This document shows, one piece after another, positions 25,501 to 30,771 of a stretch of DNA of 30,771 nucleotides. This stretch comes from a virus. Its lineage: Duplodnaviria > Caudoviricetes. Below the pieces are notes generated by a model, which was given only the letters and a program-made list of their open reading frames with translations, did not search any database and had not been told where the DNA came from. The stretch is from IMG/VR virus record IMGVR_UViG_3300049136_000127, positions 1 to 30,771 of that record. One strand, given 5' to 3'. Position 1 is the first letter of the stretch. Each line of letters begins with the position of its first letter. The position numbers were made by a program, and so were the translations under genes.

Positions 25501-25770
25501 ATGGGTGACACTGACCGGCCGATCCCCGAACGGGACGGCGATCAGGAAGCGCAGGCGCAGCAGCTCGTGCGGACGAGCAACGGCCCGACCGTCGACAACG
25601 AGTCCGAGCTGCTCGCCGAGCAGTACGGGCCGGCGGACATGGCGGGGTACCACTCGCAGCCCGAGCCCGCCGACCAGGACGACGACGAGCCTGTCGAGGG
25701 CGACGTCGCCGAGCCGGCCGACCAGGACGACGCCGCCGAGGGCGGCAGCGAGGGGGCCGAGTCGGCATGA
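25501..25770 (+). CDS. Small, highly acidic protein upstream of the endolysin
   Basis: AAGGGA SD, ATG 25501; EPADQDD twice; ATGA overlap with endolysin. Confidence 0.7.
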   Translation: MGDTDRPIPERDGDQEAQAQQLVRTSNGPTVDNESELLAEQYGPADMAGYHSQPEPADQDDDEPVEGDVAEPADQDDAAEGGSEGAESA

Positions 25771-26699
25771 GCGTCGACGGGATGATCGCGCAGGCCGAGA
25801 AGTCGATCGGGCTCGGCGAGCCGAACGCGATTCAGCAGTGGTACCGGCAGCGCAACGGCGCCGCCTACGCCTACAACTTCCCGTGGTGTAACGCCGCGAT
25901 CACCTACTGGGCGACGCAGACCGGCGAGCGCGAGGCGGTGCTGTTCGGCACCGACTACGCGTACACCGTGGCGCACGCCGCGAGGTTCAAAAGCGCCGGG
26001 CAGTGGCACGCCGGCGCGAAGGGGATCCGGCGCGGCGACATCGTGTTCTTCGATTGGGGCGGCACGAACGACATCGCCCGTATCGATCACGTCGGCATCG
26101 TGACCGGTGTCAGCGGCGCGCACGTCTACACGATCGAAGGCAACACGGCGAACGTGTGCGCCCGCCGCGTGCGCACCGAGGCCGAGATCGCCGGATACGG
26201 CCGCCCGAAGTACAAGGCAGCGAGCGGAAGCTCGGGCTCGTCGAAGTCGACGAGCGGCACGTACAAGGTCAAGAGCGGCGACACCCTCGGCGAGATCGCC
26301 GCCGCGCACGGCACGACCGTAACGGCGCTCGCGAACCTGAACGGCATCAGCAATCCGAACAAGATCACCGCCGGGCGAGTGCTCAAGCTGCCGGCCCGCA
26401 CCTCGACGGCGAAGCCCGTCGTCAGCCTCGAGAAGCTCGTCGCCGCGTTCAAGAACGACGCCCCGAAGAAGGGCACGCCGGTCTCATACGAGCCGACGCG
26501 GTACGTCGAGGCCGCGCTCGTCGCCGAGGGTCTGCTCGCCTCGCAGTACGCCGACGGTCACGCCGGCACCGCGACCCGCAGCGCGTACACGCTGCTGCAG
26601 CAGCGCTACGGCTACCGCGGCCGCGACGCCGACGGGCTGCCCGGCTTGTCGTCGCTCACGCGGCTCGGCAAGGCGCACGGGTTCACCGTCGTCGACTGA
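25767..26699 (+). CDS. Endolysin: CHAP catalytic domain, LysM and a C-terminal peptidoglycan-binding region
   Basis: PWCNA...GDIVFFDW...DHVGIV...TIEGNT (CHAP); YKVKSGDTLGEIA...N.ISNPNKI..G..LKLP (LysM); DGHAG/DGLPG repeats. Confidence 0.92.
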   Translation: MSVDGMIAQAEKSIGLGEPNAIQQWYRQRNGAAYAYNFPWCNAAITYWATQTGEREAVLFGTDYAYTVAHAARFKSAGQWHAGAKGIRRGDIVFFDWGGTNDIARIDHVGIVTGVSGAHVYTIEGNTANVCARRVRTEAEIAGYGRPKYKAASGSSGSSKSTSGTYKVKSGDTLGEIAAAHGTTVTALANLNGISNPNKITAGRVLKLPARTSTAKPVVSLEKLVAAFKNDAPKKGTPVSYEPTRYVEAALVAEGLLASQYADGHAGTATRSAYTLLQQRYGYRGRDADGLPGLSSLTRLGKAHGFTVVD

Positions 26700-26758
26700 C
26701 AGCCGGCCCGGTCGCCGCCGGGCGGCTGGGCTCACCCATCTACGGAAGGGGGCCGGTC

Positions 26759-27073
26759 ATGACCGGTCTGTTCATCAGCATCATGCGCACGGCCGTGCCG
26801 CTCGTCGCGGGATGGCTGCTCACCCTCGCGGCCCGCGCCGGGTTCGACATCGACTCGACCGCCGTCACGGGTGCCGTGACGATCGCGCTCGCGTTCGTGT
26901 ACTACCTCGCGTTCCGGCTGCTCGAACTGCTCGGCGAGCGGCTCAACGGGACGTTCCTGCAGAACCTCGCCGGCGTGTTCCTCGGCTACGCCCGCCCGCC
27001 GGCGTACCCCAAGCTCGAGCAGCTCGAACCGGTCGACGGCGCCCGCTACCTGCCCGAGGCCGGCAAGGGGTGA
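26759..27073 (+). CDS. Holin-like membrane protein
   Basis: Follows endolysin; two hydrophobic helices, RT.VP..AGW...YY..FR.LE...LG...PP.Y. Confidence 0.7.
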   Translation: MTGLFISIMRTAVPLVAGWLLTLAARAGFDIDSTAVTGAVTIALAFVYYLAFRLLELLGERLNGTFLQNLAGVFLGYARPPAYPKLEQLEPVDGARYLPEAGKG

Positions 27074-27124
27074 CACCGGCCTTACGGCCGCGATCACACC
27101 GCACTGCACAACCGGAGGTAGCGC

Positions 27125-27457
27125 GTGGACGCTGCGACGCTCGGCGCCGTCGGAACCATCGTCGTCGGCATCGCGGCGGCCGCCGCTGCTCTGATCGGTC
27201 ACCGCGGAGCGAACGCGGCGCAGCAATCGGGCGCGGTGCTCGGCGGGTACTCGACGCTCGTCGACAACCTGCAGGAAGAACGCGACAAGCTGCAGACGAA
27301 GCTCGTCGAGAACGAGCGGCTGCTCGCCGCGGCGTATGCCGAACTCGCCGCCGAGCGTGCCGATAAGGCCGCGCTGCAGGGGCAGATCACCACGCTCACC
27401 GCCGAAAACAGGCAGCTACGCGACAGGATCGTCGAGCTCGGAGGGCAAACCACGTGA
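27125..27457 (+). CDS. Membrane-anchored coiled-coil protein (lysis cassette)
   Basis: GGAGG SD; N-terminal hydrophobic helix then heptad-like LQEERDKLQTKL...LTAENRQLRDRI. Confidence 0.8.
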   Translation: MDAATLGAVGTIVVGIAAAAAALIGHRGANAAQQSGAVLGGYSTLVDNLQEERDKLQTKLVENERLLAAAYAELAAERADKAALQGQITTLTAENRQLRDRIVELGGQTT

Positions 27458-28122
27458 AGCGCCGTCGACATGCTCAGCCGATCCTCGCGCAACGGTGGCG
27501 ATCCCTCGCGGTCGCCGCCGTGCTGCTCGTACTGTCCGGCGCCGTCGTCCTCGTGTGGCTGCGGATCGACGCCGAGGCACGCCGCGCCGATGGCCTCGCG
27601 GCCGAGGCGAACTTGAGGGGCGACGCGGTGAGCGCGCTCGCCGGCGACGTGCGGGTGTTGCGCGAGCAGCTCCGGGCCGAGGGGGCGACGCCGGCCGTGC
27701 CGGACCCGTCGCGGGCGATCGAGGATCTGCCGGCGCGGGCCGAGGTGCCGGTACCGATCCCCGGCGCGACCGGGCCGCGCGGCCCGCAGGGCGAGCCGGG
27801 CAAGCCGGCGCCTACGCTCACGCCGTCGCCCGGCGCGACTGGGCCGCAGGGTGAACGAGGCGAGCCCGGCGACACGGTAACGGGCCCGGCCGGTCCCTCC
27901 GGGCCGTCGGGACCGTCTGGGCCGCCGGGAAGGGACGGCGCCGACGGCCGTGACGGGCAAAACTGTCCCGACGGCTACTCGCTGCAGGCGCCGAGCTGGG
28001 ACCCGGACGCCCTGGTCTGCCGCCGCACCGGCGCGCCCGATCCCGAGCCCGAACCCGAGCAGCCCGGCAACAACACGCCGTTGCCCCTGGCGCTCGACCG
28101 GCAGCGCCGTCAGTACCCGTGA
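27454..28122 (+). CDS. Membrane-anchored collagen-like protein
   Basis: Basic N-terminus, TM helix, coiled coil, Gly-X-Y runs, CPDGY...C motif; GTGA overlap. Confidence 0.85.
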   Translation: MKRRRHAQPILAQRWRSLAVAAVLLVLSGAVVLVWLRIDAEARRADGLAAEANLRGDAVSALAGDVRVLREQLRAEGATPAVPDPSRAIEDLPARAEVPVPIPGATGPRGPQGEPGKPAPTLTPSPGATGPQGERGEPGDTVTGPAGPSGPSGPSGPPGRDGADGRDGQNCPDGYSLQAPSWDPDALVCRRTGAPDPEPEPEQPGNNTPLPLALDRQRRQYP

Positions 28123-28127
28123 ACTGT

Positions 28128-28166
28128 GCCCTCTCCCGCCTTCGGGCGGGAGAGGGCGGTTTTTTC
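28128..28166 (+). terminator. Strong rho-independent terminator ending the late operon
   Basis: 13-bp perfect stem with a cTTCGg loop followed by GGTTTTTT. Confidence 0.9.
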
Positions 28167-28186
28167 GTGCCCGGTACCCTGCCCGC

Positions 28187-28828
28187 ATGATTCGCGCTGT
28201 GATCTTCGACGTCGGCGAAACTATCACCCGCGATGACCGGTACTGGGCATCGTGGGCCGACTGGCTGGACGTCCCCCGGCACACCCTGTCGGCCCTCGTC
28301 GGGGCAGTCGTTGCGCAGGGGCGCGACAACGCCGACGCCCTCCACCTCGTCCGGCCAGGCATCGATGTGGCCGCCGAGTATCGGGCCCGCGAGGACGCCG
28401 GTCGCGGCGAGCACCTCGACGAGAGCGACCTCTACGACGACGTCCGCCCGGCACTGGCCGAGCTGCAGCAGCTCGGGGCGCGGGTCGTCATCGCTGGGAA
28501 CCAGACCGCCCGCGCGGGTGAACTCTTGCGGGCCCTGGACCTGCCGGCCGATCTGGTGGTGACGTCCGGAGAGTGGGGCGTGGCCAAGCCTGCCCCAGAG
28601 TTCTTCCGTCGCGTGATCGACGTGGCGCAGGCGGTCCCAGCCGAGACGCTGTACGTCGGCGACCACCCCGCCAACGACGTGATGCCCGCTGCGGCGGCCG
28701 GGCTACGCACCGCGCACCTTCGGCGCGGCCCGTGGGGGCATCTGTGGGCGGACGACCCGGGCGTCGTGGAGACGTCGGACTGGCGGATCAACAGCCTCAT
28801 GGATCTGACCGCCATCGTGGGCCAGTAG
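28187..28828 (+). CDS. HAD-superfamily hydrolase
   Basis: Motif I FDVGET, motif II AGNQ, motif III AKP, motif IV VGDHPAND; TACCCT 6 nt before ATG suggests a leaderless mRNA. Confidence 0.9.
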   Translation: MIRAVIFDVGETITRDDRYWASWADWLDVPRHTLSALVGAVVAQGRDNADALHLVRPGIDVAAEYRAREDAGRGEHLDESDLYDDVRPALAELQQLGARVVIAGNQTARAGELLRALDLPADLVVTSGEWGVAKPAPEFFRRVIDVAQAVPAETLYVGDHPANDVMPAAAAGLRTAHLRRGPWGHLWADDPGVVETSDWRINSLMDLTAIVGQ

Positions 28829-28924
28829 CTCGCCCCGCCCAGTCGATGCCAGACGAGGCAAGTCGGTACCCGCGGCGGGACGTCGCGGCTACCGTTCAGA
28901 GTGGACGCACCGAACGGAGCCAGT

Positions 28925-30106
28925 ATGCCCAGCCTCAGCATGCGCGAGGTAGGCCAGCGCATCGCCACGATCCGCCGCGCCCGCCGGATGACGCAGGCCC
29001 AGCTCGCCCGAGCAGCCTTCGTCTCCCTTGCCACCGTGAAAGCATGTGAACGCGGCGCCCGCTCGCCCAGCGACGACACCCTCGACTCGATCGCCGCCGC
29101 GCTCAGCGTCGACCCCAGCCACATCGTCACCGGCAGCACCCGCACCGACAGCCGCGTCCACGCAGCGATTCCCGCCATCTCGGCCGCTATCAGCGCCTAC
29201 GACATCCCAACGGACACCGCGCCCCGTCCACTGCCCGAACTCGACGCTGCCGTGGGCATGCTGGTGGAGTGGCGGCTGGGCGCCCAGTACGCACGCATCG
29301 CCGAGCGCGCGCCGCAGCTCCTCGCCGACACCCTCACGGCGCTGCACCACACCGCGAGCGCCGACCGGCTCCGCGCCGCCCACCTGCTCGCGGTGACCGC
29401 GCGGTCCGCTGACGCAGTCGCCTACAAGTACGGCCACCGCGACCTGTCCGCGCGCCTCGTCGAGCTGATGCGCTGGGCCGCCGACCAGACCGACGACCGC
29501 ATCGCCCAAGCCACAGCCGCCTACGTCCGCACCGAGACGTTCTTCGCCGCCCGCGCCCACACCCAAGGTCTCACCGCGCTGGAGCGGGCCATCGACGCCA
29601 GCCCCAGCCCGCTCGGCCGGGCCGCAACCGCCGCGCGCGGGGCACTGCACATGCGGGCCGCCGTCATCGCAGGGCGCGCAGGTGACGCCGACGCCGCAGC
29701 CCTGCACCTCGCCGATGCTCGCCGCTTGGGCGACACACTCACCGAGGACGCCTACGACGGCACGGCGTTCGGCCCGGACTCCGTGCGCGCCCACGAGGTG
29801 TCCGTCGCGGTGAGCCTGGGCCAAGACCATCTTCAGCGCGCTCTCGACGTGGCGGAGGAGTGGACACCTCCCGAGTCTCTGCCGGCTGAGCGGCAGTCCG
29901 GGTTCTGGATCGAGCTGGCCCGTGCCCAGGTCTGGGCCGGGCGCCCTGACGACGCCTTCGAGTCGCTGAAAGTCGCGCGGCACATCGCGCCGCAGCACAC
30001 CCGCGAGCACCCGTGGGCCCGCGAGGCCGCTGCGACGGTACGCCGCCTGAAGCGAGCGGACGCCGAGTCACTCACTGCGTTCTCGGAGTGGATCGGCGCC
30101 ATCTGA
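28925..30106 (+). CDS. XRE-family HTH transcriptional regulator with a long helical (TPR-like) C-terminal region
   Basis: GQRIATIRRARRMTQAQLARAAFVSLATVKACERGARSP HTH; Ala/Arg-rich helical repeats; start 28925 (GGAG SD) or GTG 28901. Confidence 0.9.
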   Translation: MPSLSMREVGQRIATIRRARRMTQAQLARAAFVSLATVKACERGARSPSDDTLDSIAAALSVDPSHIVTGSTRTDSRVHAAIPAISAAISAYDIPTDTAPRPLPELDAAVGMLVEWRLGAQYARIAERAPQLLADTLTALHHTASADRLRAAHLLAVTARSADAVAYKYGHRDLSARLVELMRWAADQTDDRIAQATAAYVRTETFFAARAHTQGLTALERAIDASPSPLGRAATAARGALHMRAAVIAGRAGDADAAALHLADARRLGDTLTEDAYDGTAFGPDSVRAHEVSVAVSLGQDHLQRALDVAEEWTPPESLPAERQSGFWIELARAQVWAGRPDDAFESLKVARHIAPQHTREHPWAREAAATVRRLKRADAESLTAFSEWIGAI

Positions 30107-30107
30107 G

Positions 30108-30126
30108 GGGATACACGCTGTATCCC
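30108..30126. promoter_or_regulatory. Operator-like palindrome
   Basis: GGGATACA-cgc-TGTATCCC immediately after the XRE stop, with no U tail. Confidence 0.6.
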
Positions 30127-30190
30127 TTGCGCCCCTTGTAGCGACCCATCATCTGTCCGTAGCCAACGAACAGGCAGATGGGAGCCGGTG

Positions 30191-30397
30191 ATGAGTAGCC
30201 GCACCGAGCCGCTAGTCAGAGTCCACGGTCCCGTGAGCATCGCCCGTCTCCACGGGCGGGCTTGCTGGTACTGCGGAGCCGTCGGCCGAGCACTGCTACC
30301 GGCAGGCCGCGCCCAGCGAGGAACCGGTCGCATGTGGCCCATCGTGTCCTGCGGATGCCACAAGACGCCCGCCCAGACCGCTGGAGGGCCCCGATGA
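30191..30397 (+). CDS. Small putative Zn-binding protein
   Basis: GGGAG SD; CWYC...CGCH; ATGA overlap with the next gene. Confidence 0.6.
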   Translation: MSSRTEPLVRVHGPVSIARLHGRACWYCGAVGRALLPAGRAQRGTGRMWPIVSCGCHKTPAQTAGGPR

Positions 30398-30771
30398 CTC
30401 CTGCAACTCACAGCATGGAGGCCCGGAGCGCCAAAGACGACTGGGACGCCGTCCGCGTCCCGCGCCAGCTCGGCCTCGCCGCGATGTCGATCCTGGGCAC
30501 GCGCGCCGGCGCGGTCGTCGAGGACCCGATGCAGGCAGTCGTGTACTTCTTCGTACCCGTCGGGACCGCCGCAGGGTGGGCCGCGGAGAACACCTACCCG
30601 CTGCCCGGCGGGGAGACGGTGCCGCTGCCGCCGGCCCGCCGCACGGACGGGCCCGGCCCGCACTGGCGAGTGCGCCCCGGGGAGGACCGCTGGATTACCG
30701 ACCCGGCCGCCCTGCACGCGGCCCTCGAGGACGCCTTCGGACCCCGCATCGGCGAGGAGTCGACCGCATGA
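30394..30771 (+). CDS. Small protein resembling a degenerate prim-pol-like fold common in Streptomyces
   Basis: GGAGG SD; WDAVRVP...GAVVED...YFFVPVGT...W...VPLPP...PGPHW pattern; no DxD catalytic motif. Confidence 0.6.
   Translation: MTPATHSMEARSAKDDWDAVRVPRQLGLAAMSILGTRAGAVVEDPMQAVVYFFVPVGTAAGWAAENTYPLPGGETVPLPPARRTDGPGPHWRVRPGEDRWITDPAALHAALEDAFGPRIGEESTA

Larger units (their letters stand above)
1..28166 (+). mobile_element. Temperate siphovirus/prophage late region (packaging, head, tail, lysis), actinomycete type; boundaries are outside the window or unresolved
   Basis: Canonical synteny HNH-cos-TerS-TerL-portal-scaffold-capsid-connectors-tail-TMP-lysis on one strand with overlapping stop/start codons. 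Confidence 0.95.

Noticed and set aside
28120-30771. attR / prophage right boundary
   Set aside because: No integrase, tRNA fragment or matching direct repeat visible within the window

Overview
Very GC-rich (Streptomyces/actinomycete-like) temperate siphovirus or prophage segment; all credible genes are on the + strand. Order: (1-2615) end of an operon of small membrane and hypothetical proteins; (2616-3426) a non-coding region with phased 11-bp repeats, an origin-like module, a likely promoter and a train of hairpins; (3427-5602) packaging HNH, a predicted cos site, a stand-alone NrS-1-type primase-polymerase domain and a second, Zn-finger-rich HNH; (5653-25431) a complete head-tail module (TerS, TerL, portal, MuF-like protein, scaffold, decoration protein, major capsid, connectors, major tail, frameshifted tail chaperone, tape measure with an M23 domain, Dit/Tal-like and minor tail proteins, NlpC/P60 tail enzyme); (25501-28122) a lysis cassette (CHAP-LysM endolysin, holin-like, TM-coiled-coil and collagen-like proteins) closed by a strong terminator; (28187-30771) an accessory HAD hydrolase / XRE regulator / small-protein module. 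No integrase, att site, tRNA, rRNA, CRISPR array or reverse transcriptase was seen. The least explained part is 2.7-5.6 kb around the predicted cos. All calls come from motif recognition by eye, with no database searches.
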